DNA from: Acidobacteriaceae bacterium | Lineage (GTDB): Bacteria; Acidobacteriota; Terriglobia; Terriglobales; Acidobacteriaceae | Length of the DNA stretch: 32,174 bases | Assembly (NCBI GenBank): GCA_037439805.1 | Contig: JBBIVH010000008.1 | Coordinates: 1 to 32,174 of the forward strand | Direction: 5' to 3' | In this document: piece after piece, positions 16,599 through 25,865 of the stretch | Layout: the number at the start of each line of letters is the position of its first letter | Position numbering within the stretch: position 1 is the stretch's first letter | Notes under the pieces: model-generated | Databases searched by the model: none | What the model was told of the DNA's origin: nothing | Seen by the model: the letters and a program-made list of their open reading frames with translations, nothing else | Program-made: the position numbers and the translations under genes

Positions 16599-16651
16599 GC
16601 GAGGATGGGTCGGAAGCGGATGGGTTGCGGAGGCCGTGTGCGGAATTACCC

Positions 16652-16690
16652 GCCCCACCCAGATCGGTTGGTTCCCGGTCTGGATGGGGC
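16652..16690. repeat. GC-rich hairpin between convergent genes (REP-like or bidirectional terminator)
   Basis: GCCCCACCCAGATCGG-ttggttc-CCGGTCTGGATGGGGC: 16-bp arms with 2 non-Watson-Crick positions. Confidence 0.65.
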
Positions 16691-16748
16691 AAAGGTGGCC
16701 CTTGTTTATGGCGTACTGTATCTAGTTTTAGTTATGTAACTCGGGGGC

Positions 16749-17210
16749 TCAGTCGCCGGCCTGGGGCGAGAGAACCGGAATGCGTCGCAACACGAGAGTC
16801 AAGACAAGAGTGAGCAGCGCCACAGCCGGGGCGGCAAAGACGAGCCATGCGCCAAGGGCGTGGGCAGCCAGGCCGCCTGAAGCGAAGACAAGCTTCGAGG
16901 GCGCGACCTGAAGCGTTGCGGCAATTGACGGCGCCGCAGGCATGCCGAAGATGCGGCCGCCAAGACGGACGAACGGCAGCATCAGCGCCAGTTGCAAGGG
17001 CATGGCGACGTAGTTGGCCGCCTGCATGGCCGGCAGATTGAGCCGCAGCGCGAAGGCAATCAGCAGGCAGAGCGCTGTGGGAATGCCGATCACGGGCAGG
17101 CATCCAATCGCGAATCCAAGCGCAAGGGTCAGGGCGAGCCGTTGAGGGGAGATCCCCTGCATGAGCCAGCCCTTCACGCGATTCTCGAAAGTGATGCTCC
17201 ATCGATTCAT
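16749..17210 (-). CDS. DUF2062-family membrane protein
   Basis: QGISPQRLALTLALGFAIG.LP..G.PT, RLNLPAMQAANY...PLQL...PF.RLG and C-terminal AWL..AP. AAGGA precedes ATG 17210. Confidence 0.75.
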   Translation of the reverse strand: MNRWSITFENRVKGWLMQGISPQRLALTLALGFAIGCLPVIGIPTALCLLIAFALRLNLPAMQAANYVAMPLQLALMLPFVRLGGRIFGMPAAPSIAATLQVAPSKLVFASGGLAAHALGAWLVFAAPAVALLTLVLTLVLRRIPVLSPQAGD

Positions 17211-17414
17211 CGTTTCCTTCACCTTACCGGTACGGGTTCTATCGGCAGGTGGCTCTCGTTTGAAAATCCAGTGAAAGTACCAAATCCAGCAACTGAGGGG
17301 AGCATAGTTCCGTTTAGGGAGAAAAAGCATTCCCACGATTGGCCCAAAAGGACCCCCTGAAAGTGGTATGGTCCCGCGGTTCAGAAATGGGCAAGCGGAG
17401 CGGAAAGGCCGTTG

Positions 17415-18080
17415 TCAACGGCGCAGTAGACCTCTGGCGCGGAGGGCGGCGAGCACCTGCTCGACCTTCCAGTCGAGGGCTTCGGCGCCGTCCAGGCTGA
17501 TGTCGGCGTGAGCGGCCGAGGGGCGCACGTAGCGCAGGCCGGCGGGGCGCACTGTGGCGTCATACTGCCGGCGAACGGAGTCGGCGGTGCGGCCGCGCTC
17601 CTCGGTGTCGCGACGCAGGCGGCGGTCAAAGCAGAGGGCGTCCGGGGTATCGACGTAGACGCGCAGGTGATAGAGCGGGAGCAACTCCTGAAAGTAGAGG
17701 GCGAAGAGGCCTTCCACGAGCAGGAAAGCGCCGGGCTGCACGGTCTCCGTCTGATCGGCGATGCGGACGTGATGGGAGAAGTCGTAGAGCGGGCGCTCGA
17801 TGGCGCGGCCGCGGGCGAGTTCTGCGACGTGCTGCGCCAGGAGCGGACTCTCAATCATCGCCGGGTCGTCGAAGTTCTGAAGGGGGCGCTGCGATGCCGG
17901 GAGGAGGCTCAGGTCGCGGTAGTAGTTATCGAGGGGGAAGGTCGAGCCTTCGAGGGTACGGGCCAGTTCCGCGGCGAGGGTGGTTTTGCCGGAGCCAGAG
18001 GCCCCGGCGATACCCATCACGACGGGAGGAAAAGGCAGACGAGCAACAACCGCCTCCGGTGAGGGATGGTCTGACGTCAA
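17415..18080 (-). CDS. udk: Uridine kinase
   Basis: GIAGASGSGKTT, LDNYYRD, NFDDP, PLYDF..H.R, VEGLF and RRLRRD..ERGR. The TTG start overlaps the PNP stop (TTGA). Confidence 0.9.
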   Translation of the reverse strand: MTSDHPSPEAVVARLPFPPVVMGIAGASGSGKTTLAAELARTLEGSTFPLDNYYRDLSLLPASQRPLQNFDDPAMIESPLLAQHVAELARGRAIERPLYDFSHHVRIADQTETVQPGAFLLVEGLFALYFQELLPLYHLRVYVDTPDALCFDRRLRRDTEERGRTADSVRRQYDATVRPAGLRYVRPSAAHADISLDGAEALDWKVEQVLAALRARGLLRR

Positions 18081-18958
18081 AGGTTCGCTTCCAGAAGAGC
18101 GGTGATGCCCGGAGCAAGCTGCTCCAGAAGGCGGCGCAAGCGGGAGCGCACAAGCTGGCCGGTCTTGAAGACCTCTTCATGGCTGAGGGGTGTGGAACTG
18201 AGGCCGGCGGCCTGGTTGGTGACGCAGGAGATGGCGAGGACCTCCATGCCCATGTGGCGGGCGACGATGGTCTCAGGGACGGTGGACATGCCGACGAGCG
18301 TTGCGCCGAGCGTGCGGAAGGCGCGAATCTCGGCGGGGGTCTCGAAGCTGGGTCCGCTGACGGCGACGTAGACGCCCTCGTTCAGATCAAAGCCTTCGGT
18401 GTTGGCGATGTCTTTCGCGAGGCCGCGAATCCATGGCGAGTAGGGCTCGGACATATCGAAGAAGCGCTGGCCGGCGCGGGGCCGGACAGCAAAGCGCGGC
18501 TCGTTGGGGCCACCCGCCGGGTTCCAGCCCATCAGATTGATGTGATCGGTCAGCAGGACAAGCTCGCCGAGCCGGTAGTCGGGCGAGATGGCTCCGGCGG
18601 CGTTGGTGAGCACGACGGCGCCAAGGCCCATGGCTCCCAGCACGCGCAGCGGGAATGTGACCTGCCAGGGCGTGTAGCCCTCGTAGAAATGAACACGGCC
18701 CTGCATCACGAGCACGGGCGAACCTCCCATAAGCCCGGCAACAATCCGGCCGGTGTGGCCCTCGACGGTGGATTGAGGGAAGTGGGGGATCTCGCTGTAG
18801 GGAATCAAAACAGGATCCGCAATGCCCTCGGCCGCGTCGCCAAGCCCGGAGCCGAGGACCATGCCGACGCGCGGGCGAAAGGTGCCCAGTTTACTGCGCA
18901 GGTAGGAGGCTGCCTCCTGCACCTGGTCAAAGTAGCTCATGGGTTTGGCCGTATCCAT
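18077..18958 (-). CDS. punA: Purine-nucleoside phosphorylase, trimeric type
   Basis: VLGSGLG, STVEGH.G, MQGRVHFYEGY, TNAAG, DHIN, GPSFETPAE, VGMSTVPE and SHEEV. The start is 18958 or 18940. Confidence 0.94.
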   Translation of the reverse strand: MDTAKPMSYFDQVQEAASYLRSKLGTFRPRVGMVLGSGLGDAAEGIADPVLIPYSEIPHFPQSTVEGHTGRIVAGLMGGSPVLVMQGRVHFYEGYTPWQVTFPLRVLGAMGLGAVVLTNAAGAISPDYRLGELVLLTDHINLMGWNPAGGPNEPRFAVRPRAGQRFFDMSEPYSPWIRGLAKDIANTEGFDLNEGVYVAVSGPSFETPAEIRAFRTLGATLVGMSTVPETIVARHMGMEVLAISCVTNQAAGLSSTPLSHEEVFKTGQLVRSRLRRLLEQLAPGITALLEANL

Positions 18959-19061
18959 TCTTTCGAGATTTTACAGGGTGTGAAGGCGTGGCATCGTGCC
19001 ACCTTTGTGCAGGGTGAGAGGATGGAATCAACGACAAAGGAATGAAGAGGCAGACGGCGCA

Positions 19062-19355
19062 ATGAAGCAGATTGTAGCGATCATCTTCGGGCTGGGACTG
19101 ATTGGCAACGCGCTCTTGTTTGTTCCGCAGGCGCTGGCGGTGTGGCGCAAGAAGAGCAGCGAGGGAATCTCACTGGTCACGTTTGGCGGGTTCAACGTTC
19201 TGCAGGCGCTGGGCGTGGTGCATGGGCTGTATCAGAACGACTGGTCGCTGGTAATCGGGCTGGGTGCGAGTTTTGTTACGTGCGGCACTGTGACGGGACT
19301 TACGATTTTGTATCGCTCGCGGGAGCGGAGCCTGCCGCGGCAGGCTCCGCGGTAA
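19062..19355 (+). CDS. Small PQ-loop / SemiSWEET-like three-helix membrane protein
   Basis: LLFVPQALAVWRKKSSEGISL PQ-loop motif with three hydrophobic segments in 97 aa. Confidence 0.75.
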   Translation: MKQIVAIIFGLGLIGNALLFVPQALAVWRKKSSEGISLVTFGGFNVLQALGVVHGLYQNDWSLVIGLGASFVTCGTVTGLTILYRSRERSLPRQAPR

Positions 19356-19367
19356 CACGCGCGGGAA

Positions 19368-20600
19368 CTATCCGAGAAAGATGCCGGCGATGGAGGCCGA
19401 GATGAGGTTGGCCATGGTGCCGGCGAGCATGGCGCGGATGCCGAGGCGGGCGAGGTCGTTGCGGCGCTCGGGGACCAGCGCGCCGATGCCGCCAATCTGC
19501 ATGCCGATGGAGCCGAGGTTGGCGAAGCCGCACAGAGCGAAGGTGGCGATGGTGAAAGAGCGCGGAAGCAGCGCGGCTTTCTGGGTGCCGAGTCCAATGT
19601 AGGCGATGACCTCGTTGAGCGCCATGCGTGTGCCGAGCAGGTTGCCGATGATGCCGCAGTCGCGCCAGGGCACGCCGATGAGCCACGCGACCGGAGCGAA
19701 GACGAAGCCGAGAATCTGGCCGAGGCTGCCGGGCACCCAGTGGAAGCCCGCGTGGATGTGGACCCAGCCGAGCAGGCTGTCGAGCAGGGCGACGAGCGCG
19801 AGAAAACTGACGAGCATGATGGCTACGTTCATGGCGAGCTTGCCGCCGTCGATGGTGCCGCGGGCGATGGCGCCGATGAGGTTTTCTTCCTTGTGCTCTT
19901 CCTGTTCAGGGATGACGACGCGGCCTTCGGTGGCGGGAGTCCCGGTCTCAGGCACAAGCATTTTCGAGATGAGGATGGTGCCGGGCGAGGTCATGATGAC
20001 GGCGGCGAGCAGATGGCGCGCGGCCACGCCCTGCGCGATGTACATGGCCATGATGCCGCCGGAGACGTGGGCCATGCCGCTGGTCATGATGGTCATGAGC
20101 TCGCTGCGCGTGGCTCCGGAGAGAAACGGGCGGATGGTGAGCGGGGCTTCTGTCTGGCCCATGAAGATGGAGGCGGCGACGTTCATGCTCTCCGCGCCGG
20201 AGATGCGCATGGTCTTGAGCATGATCCAGGCGAGGCCGCGAATGATGATCTGCATGACGCCGATGTGATAGAGCACGGCGAAGAATGCGGAGATGAAGAT
20301 GATGGTGGGCAGAACCTGAAAGGCGAAGATGGATCCGAGCGAGGTGTTGGGCGTGCCCAGTGCGCCGAAGAGGACTCGGGTGCCTGCCGCGGTGGAGGCG
20401 AGCATGCTGTTGACGACATCGCCGGCCCAGGCCATGGCGCGCTGGCCATAGTCAAAGCGCAGGACAATGAAGGCGAAGATGAGCTGGAGACCGATGCCCC
20501 AGGCGACGGTGCGCCAGCGGATGTGTTTGCGGTCCGTGGAGCCAAGCCAGGCGGCCGCCAGAACGGCCAGGATACCAAGCACACCAGTGAAACGATCCAA
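19368..20600 (-). CDS. nupC: CNT-family nucleoside transporter
   Basis: FAFQVLPTIIF, IFMGQTEAPL, HLLAAVIM, NEVIAY, FALCGFAN and AGTMANL. AGGAGG precedes the TTG start. Confidence 0.93.
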   Translation of the reverse strand: MDRFTGVLGILAVLAAAWLGSTDRKHIRWRTVAWGIGLQLIFAFIVLRFDYGQRAMAWAGDVVNSMLASTAAGTRVLFGALGTPNTSLGSIFAFQVLPTIIFISAFFAVLYHIGVMQIIIRGLAWIMLKTMRISGAESMNVAASIFMGQTEAPLTIRPFLSGATRSELMTIMTSGMAHVSGGIMAMYIAQGVAARHLLAAVIMTSPGTILISKMLVPETGTPATEGRVVIPEQEEHKEENLIGAIARGTIDGGKLAMNVAIMLVSFLALVALLDSLLGWVHIHAGFHWVPGSLGQILGFVFAPVAWLIGVPWRDCGIIGNLLGTRMALNEVIAYIGLGTQKAALLPRSFTIATFALCGFANLGSIGMQIGGIGALVPERRNDLARLGIRAMLAGTMANLISASIAGIFLG

Positions 20601-20639
20601 AAGGCAACTCCTCCTGAACAGCTTTGCGCGGGTATTTCC

Positions 20640-22037
20640 CTACCTTAGCCCATCGCGCAGGCGAGCTTCGGCGTTGGTTTTGGTCCAGACGCGGCTGACG
20701 AGATCGACGGGCTTAGGCTGTGTGGGCGCGAGACGAATCGCGTTACGCACTAAATCTTCCGGCTCGGGAAACAGGCCGGGGCGAGTGGCGAAGAGCGTTG
20801 CAAGCGGCTGCCCTTTTTCTACAAAGTCGCCGCGATGCGCGTGGAATTCGATGCCGGCATGGGGATCGATGGACTCGCTGGCGCGGACTCGGCCTGCGCC
20901 CAGCCGTTGCACGGCCCATCCGAGCTGCGTGGTGTCCATGCGCGAGACGTAGCCGGACTCCCATGCCTCGATGATGCGGCGCGCTCCGGGGCGGTGGAAG
21001 CTGTGCATCTGGTGAAAGACGGATGCGTCGCCGCCCTGCGCCTCCACCATGCGCAGAAAGATACGTTCCGCGGTGCCGTCCTCGAGGACGGATTCAGCCT
21101 TGACCAATCCATCCTGCGGGGTGTCGGCTCTGCCGCCGAGGTGTATCATCCAGCCGGCGAGGATGAGCGAGAGCTCGCGGAGCGGGCCGCTTCCTTCGGG
21201 GCGCTCGCCGCGCAGCAACTGCATGCATTCGATCAGCTCGATCCAGTTGCCGGCCATGCGGCCGAGAGGCTCGCCCATATCGGTGAGCAGGGCCACGGTG
21301 CGCGTGCCGCAGGCCTCGGCGGTGGCCACCAGCAGCGCGGCAAGATACTCAGCGTCTTCCTGACGCCGCATGAAGGCCCCCGATCCGGTCTTCACGTCGA
21401 GCACGAGCGCGTTGAGGCCCGCGGCCAGCTTCTTGCTGAGGATGGAAGCGCAGATCAGGCCCGGGCTTTCGACGGTGGCGGTGCGGTCGCGCAGCGCATA
21501 GAGCACGCGGTCGGCGGGAACGATGTTCGGGGTCTGGCTGATGATGGAGCAGCCGCAGGATTCGAGAACGCGGTCGAACTCCGGCAGCGAAAGCGCGGTG
21601 CGGAAGCCGGGAATGGATTCGAGCTTGTCGAGCGTGCCGCCGGTGTGGCCCAAAGCGCGCCCGCTGATCATAGGCACGGCGAGCCCGCAGGCCGCCACGA
21701 TTGGAGCGACGAGGAAGCTGGTCTTGTCGCCCACGCCGCCGGTGGAGTGCTTATCGACGGCAATGCGGCCCAGTCGTGCGGGATGAAATTTCTCGCCCGA
21801 GTCGCGCATGGCGACCGTGAGAGCGTAGGTCTCTTCGCGGGTGAGTCCGCGCAGCATGGCGGCCATCAGCCAGGCTGCAATCTGCTCGGGCGGAAAGATG
21901 CCGCGCGCCGAACCGCGGACGAGGTACTCGATCTCAGCCTGCGTCATCCGTGCGCCGTCGCGCTTCCTGCGGATGATATCGATCATGTGCAGCGCCGGTG
22001 CGGGTGCTTCTTCTGCCTGTGCTCTGCGTTCCGTCAT
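20640..22037 (-). CDS. pdp: Thymidine / pyrimidine-nucleoside phosphorylase
   Basis: IRRKRDG, DKHSTGGVGDKTS, MISGRALGHTGGTLDKLE, LRD.TATV, SILSKKLA, LDVKTGSGAF and LGAGR. Start ATG 22037 is inferred. Confidence 0.93.
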   Translation of the reverse strand: MTERRAQAEEAPAPALHMIDIIRRKRDGARMTQAEIEYLVRGSARGIFPPEQIAAWLMAAMLRGLTREETYALTVAMRDSGEKFHPARLGRIAVDKHSTGGVGDKTSFLVAPIVAACGLAVPMISGRALGHTGGTLDKLESIPGFRTALSLPEFDRVLESCGCSIISQTPNIVPADRVLYALRDRTATVESPGLICASILSKKLAAGLNALVLDVKTGSGAFMRRQEDAEYLAALLVATAEACGTRTVALLTDMGEPLGRMAGNWIELIECMQLLRGERPEGSGPLRELSLILAGWMIHLGGRADTPQDGLVKAESVLEDGTAERIFLRMVEAQGGDASVFHQMHSFHRPGARRIIEAWESGYVSRMDTTQLGWAVQRLGAGRVRASESIDPHAGIEFHAHRGDFVEKGQPLATLFATRPGLFPEPEDLVRNAIRLAPTQPKPVDLVSRVWTKTNAEARLRDGLR

Positions 22038-22050
22038 GCGGGTCGAACCC

Positions 22051-22482
22051 TCACGTGAGCTGGGTGTGAAATGCCAGCGGCAGCAGGTCGCCAAAGGGTA
22101 CGACCCTGGGTCCTTCGGCCGCGGGAAAGATAACGGGTGCATCGGGGGCGGTGAATTCAGAGAGCATCTGCCTGCATGCGCCGCAGGGAGGGCTGGGCGC
22201 CTCGTTCAGATTGGCGACGGCGACGGCGACGATGCGCAGGCCCGGACCGAACGTGGCGACGGCACGCACCAGGGCGGCGCGCTCGGCGCAGATGGTGAGG
22301 CCGTAGCTGGCATTTTCCACGTTGGCGCCTGTGACCGTCTCGCCGCTGGCCAGAAGAAGAGCCGAGCCTACGCGAAAACCGGAGTAGGGAGCGTAGGCAT
22401 GAGCAGCGGCCGCGCGCGCCTGGTCCATGAGCGCCGCGAGCGGTGCGCCGGGTGCAGACGACAATTCAGGCGCTGGACTCAT
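22051..22482 (-). CDS. cdd: Cytidine deaminase
   Basis: AYAPYSGFRVG, GANVENASYGLTICAER, PPCGACRQ and LLPLAF (homotetrameric type). The start is 22482 or 22428. Confidence 0.93.
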   Translation of the reverse strand: MSPAPELSSAPGAPLAALMDQARAAAAHAYAPYSGFRVGSALLLASGETVTGANVENASYGLTICAERAALVRAVATFGPGLRIVAVAVANLNEAPSPPCGACRQMLSEFTAPDAPVIFPAAEGPRVVPFGDLLPLAFHTQLT

Positions 22483-22574
22483 GAAATTCGAGGCTAAAGC
22501 ATGGGTATGGGTTCTGTATAGGACGGGTTTGATTCCTCCTGTGTGCAAGGAAGGCAGAGTCGAACTCCTGTCAT

Positions 22575-22602
22575 TCAAGTCCCGCGGCGTTGAGTCCGAT
22601 AT
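22575..22602 (+). promoter_or_regulatory. Candidate sigma-28 (FliA) promoter for the che operon
   Basis: TCAA-N16-TCCGATAT versus the consensus TAAA-N15-GCCGATAA, about 90 bp upstream of cheA. Confidence 0.45.
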
Positions 22603-22693
22603 GTCCAGAGACAGCGCCCACGCCTGCCTGTTGCATCGTGCGGCTGGCGTGGCAGGGAGCAGCTACGTGGGGACGGATGGATGGCGCATGCAG

Positions 22694-24928
22694 ATGGATG
22701 AACTGACGAGAGAGTTCCTGATCGAGAGCCAGGAGGGTCTCGACCGCATGGAGCGCTGCCTGACGGAGCTGGAAGAGAAGCCAGGCGAGATGCCCCTGCT
22801 GGCGGAGATCTTTCGCGCTGTTCATACGATCAAGGGCACGACCGGCTTTCTCGGCTTCAAGCGGCTGGCGACGCTGGCCCACGCAGGAGAGAACCTGCTC
22901 GGGCTGCTGCGCGAGGGGGAGCTGGCGGCGACTCCGCAGATTATCACGGTCCTGCTGGAGTTGCTGGACGGCCTGCGCGGAATCCTGAAACGGATCGACA
23001 GCGAGGGCAGCGAAGGCGAGGACAGCGACGCGGTCCTGATTGCGCGCCTCGCTGCGCTGCAGACGCCGGAGGCTCTCCAGGCAGCAGAATTGCCGGCGCT
23101 TCGGCCCGCGCAACCGGTCGAGGTTGAGCCGGTGCTGGCGGCGCAATGCGTCTCTCAAGAGCAGTATCTCCAGACTTCGGCAGCCGTCGACGCGAACCCA
23201 CACGCGGGCGCAGCGGCAGGGCTGGGGCCGGAGACAGCCCCGGCGCGCGGCGCGGGCAACTCAGCAGCCGAGAGCAGCCTGCGCGTGGATGTGACGCTGC
23301 TGAACCGGATGATGAACCTGGTGGGCGAGCTGGTGCTGACGCGGAATCAGGTGCTGCAGGCCACCGCCGCGGACGCGCGAATGACGATGCTGTCGCGGCG
23401 GCTGGACATGGTGACAGCCGACCTGCGCGAGGCGGTGATGCAGGCGCGGCTCCAGCCGGTGTCGCATGTCTTCTCCAAGATGCCGCGCATGGTACGGGAC
23501 CTCTCGCGGCAGCTTGGCAAGCGCGTTCGTCTGGAACTGGACGGGCTGGAGACGGAGCTGGACAAGAGCCTGCTCGAAGCGATCAAAGACCCGCTGACGC
23601 ACGCGGTGCGCAACGCGCTGGACCACGGCATCGAGTGTCCGGAGGAGCGCGCGGCGCGCGGCAAGGATGCGGAGGGATTGCTGCGTCTGCGCGCAAAACA
23701 AGAAGGCTCGCACGTGATCGTCGAGGTGACGGACGATGGTGGCGGCATTGCCGTCGAAAAGGTCCGCGACAAGGCTATCGAGCGCGGGCTGATCACCGCC
23801 GAGCGGGCCGCGCATCTGAACGAGCGCGAACTGTTGCAACTGATTTTTCTGCCGGGGTTCTCGACCGCGGCGCAGGTGACCAGCGTGAGCGGGCGCGGCG
23901 TGGGCATGGACGTGGTACGCACCAACGTGGAGAAGATTGGCGGCAAGGTGGAACTCGACTCGCGCGTGGGCCGGGGCACGACTTTGCGGCTGCGGATTCC
24001 GCTGACGCTGGCGATTATTCCGGCGCTGATTGTGCGCGGGCTGGGCCAGAGCTTCGCGTTGCCGCAGGGGGCGCTGTCGGAGCTGGTGCATATCGCTCGG
24101 GAAGAGGCGACGAGGGCGATCGAATGGATCGAAGAGGCGCCGCTGTACCGGCTGCGCGGGCGGCTGCTTCCGCTGGTCTTTCTGGAGCGGCTGCTGGCGC
24201 AGGGCGGGAGCAGGCCGGGCAGTGGCAGGGATCAATTCATTGCGGTGCTCGATGCGGACGGACGACGCTACGGGTTGGTGGTCGATGGCCTGGCCGACCC
24301 GGAGGAGATTGTGGTCAAGCCGCTGTCGGCGGCCCTCAAGGAGATTGGGCTCTACTCCGGCGCGACGGTTCTGGGGAACGGAGAGCTTGCGCTGATTCTG
24401 GACCCCGGCGCGATCGCGATCCGTGCGGGAATTGCCATGACGGCCGACGGCGACGCAGCTCGCCAGCAGGCCACGGAGGAATCGGCTGTGGAGCGGGAGG
24501 CCGAGTATCTGCTGGTGGCGGCCGCGGGCAATCGGGTGGCGGTGCCTCTGGGCGACGTGTTGCGAATCGAGCAGGTTTCTCTAGAGAGGATAGAGTTCTT
24601 CGCTGGCCGGCCCGTGCTGCGATGTGGCGGGCAGCTTCTGCCAATTGAAGACCCGGGAGGCGCGCTGGTGGCCGCGCGAAGTACTGCAGGGGCGCGGATT
24701 GTGGTGGTGGTGTGCCGGGAAGGGGAGCGGCAGGTGGGCATCGCGGTCTCGCATGTGCTGGATGTGGCGGCGGGAAGCGGCTTGTTTGAAGCGGGAACCG
24801 CGCTGCCGGCGTCTGGAGTAACGCTGCTGAAAGAGCGCGTGACCGACATCGTGAACCTGAGCGCAGTGGAACCCCTGCCACCCGCTGCGTTCGATGCGTT
24901 GCAAGAGGCAGTGGAGGCATGGCAATGA
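22694..24928 (+). CDS. cheA: Chemotaxis histidine kinase CheA (Hpt, dimerisation, HATPase and two CheW-like domains)
   Basis: IFRAVHTIKG, SLRVDV..L..MMNLVGELVL, HAVRNALDHGIE, DDGGG, FLPGFSTA, SGRGVGMDVV and PLTLAI. A further CheW-like domain follows LILDP. Confidence 0.95.
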   Translation: MDELTREFLIESQEGLDRMERCLTELEEKPGEMPLLAEIFRAVHTIKGTTGFLGFKRLATLAHAGENLLGLLREGELAATPQIITVLLELLDGLRGILKRIDSEGSEGEDSDAVLIARLAALQTPEALQAAELPALRPAQPVEVEPVLAAQCVSQEQYLQTSAAVDANPHAGAAAGLGPETAPARGAGNSAAESSLRVDVTLLNRMMNLVGELVLTRNQVLQATAADARMTMLSRRLDMVTADLREAVMQARLQPVSHVFSKMPRMVRDLSRQLGKRVRLELDGLETELDKSLLEAIKDPLTHAVRNALDHGIECPEERAARGKDAEGLLRLRAKQEGSHVIVEVTDDGGGIAVEKVRDKAIERGLITAERAAHLNERELLQLIFLPGFSTAAQVTSVSGRGVGMDVVRTNVEKIGGKVELDSRVGRGTTLRLRIPLTLAIIPALIVRGLGQSFALPQGALSELVHIAREEATRAIEWIEEAPLYRLRGRLLPLVFLERLLAQGGSRPGSGRDQFIAVLDADGRRYGLVVDGLADPEEIVVKPLSAALKEIGLYSGATVLGNGELALILDPGAIAIRAGIAMTADGDAARQQATEESAVEREAEYLLVAAAGNRVAVPLGDVLRIEQVSLERIEFFAGRPVLRCGGQLLPIEDPGGALVAARSTAGARIVVVVCREGERQVGIAVSHVLDVAAGSGLFEAGTALPASGVTLLKERVTDIVNLSAVEPLPPAAFDALQEAVEAWQ

Positions 24929-25497
24929 GCGCAGAGATCGTGGCTCAGACGAAGGGACGGAAGCCCGCAGAAGAGTTGGCGGCGGGCGCGGGTACGGAAG
25001 CGGAGGTCTGCGTGGTACGCCTGGGCCATTCTCGATTCGGCGTGCCGATTCATTGCATTCTGGAGATTGTAGGTTCGACTTGCCCGCTGCCGGTACCGCT
25101 GGCGCCGGAGTACGTGGGTGGGCTGGTGCATTATCGCGGCGATGTGTTGACGACGGTGAGTCTGCGCCGGGTGCTGGGGTTGGGCGCGAGCGATGCGCCG
25201 CAGGCAGTTCTTGTAATCGAAGGTGCAGTCGGCTGCTTCGGCCTGCAGGTGGATGCGCTGGAGGATGTGCTGCGACCCCTTGCGGCCGACTACGAGCCGA
25301 ACCCAGCCACGCTCGACAATCGGCGCAGGATGTTCTTTGCGGGGAGCTACAAGCTCCGCCCTGGTCTGCTGGTGATGCTGGATCCTGGGCAGCTCGATCC
25401 GCTGTGGTTGCGGTCGGCCCGGAACACGGCCGCGGGTGCAGGCAAGGGCGCCAGCAAAAATACAGGCAAGGATGCGGACAAGAGGGGTGAGCGATGA
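24925..25497 (+). CDS. cheW: Chemotaxis coupling protein CheW
   Basis: FGVPI..ILEI, PVPLAPEYVGGL..YRG.V and FGLQVD. ATGA overlap with cheA. Confidence 0.88.
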   Translation: MSAEIVAQTKGRKPAEELAAGAGTEAEVCVVRLGHSRFGVPIHCILEIVGSTCPLPVPLAPEYVGGLVHYRGDVLTTVSLRRVLGLGASDAPQAVLVIEGAVGCFGLQVDALEDVLRPLAADYEPNPATLDNRRRMFFAGSYKLRPGLLVMLDPGQLDPLWLRSARNTAAGAGKGASKNTGKDADKRGER

Positions 25498-25862
25498 AAG
25501 CGCTGATCGTGGACGATTCCAGGTTTGTGCGCGGCTTTTTGCGCGGCATGCTGGAGGGGCGGGGAATTCAGTGCGAAGAGGCCAGTGACGGAGCGGGAGG
25601 ACTCGAACGGCTGTGTGCAGACAGGGGATTCGATCTTGCGCTGCTGGACTGGAACATGCCAGTGATGAACGGGCTGGAGATGCTGATTCGGGCGCGGCGC
25701 GAAGGGTTCGACCATCTCAAGATCGTGATGGTCACAACCGAGGCGGAGAACGAGTTCATCTTGCGGGCTCTCGAGGCCGGGGCCGATGAGTACCTGATGA
25801 AGCCGTTTGACGAAGAGGCGCTGCACGAGAAGCTGGCGCTGCTGGGCCTGGTGGAGGCTTAA
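25494..25862 (+). CDS. cheY: Single-domain response regulator CheY
   Basis: LIVDDS, LLDWNMP, MVTTE and YLMKPF. ATGA overlap with cheW. Confidence 0.9.
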   Translation: MKALIVDDSRFVRGFLRGMLEGRGIQCEEASDGAGGLERLCADRGFDLALLDWNMPVMNGLEMLIRARREGFDHLKIVMVTTEAENEFILRALEAGADEYLMKPFDEEALHEKLALLGLVEA

Positions 25863-25865
25863 CGG

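Noticed and set aside
18988-19002. TGGCAC as a sigma-54 -24 element
   Set aside because: No TTGC -12 element at the right spacing on either strand. It is kept only as a palindrome.
22427-22693. N-terminal extension of CheA in the ORF track
   Set aside because: It overlaps cdd and the putative promoter. The Hpt domain starts at MDELTREF (22694).
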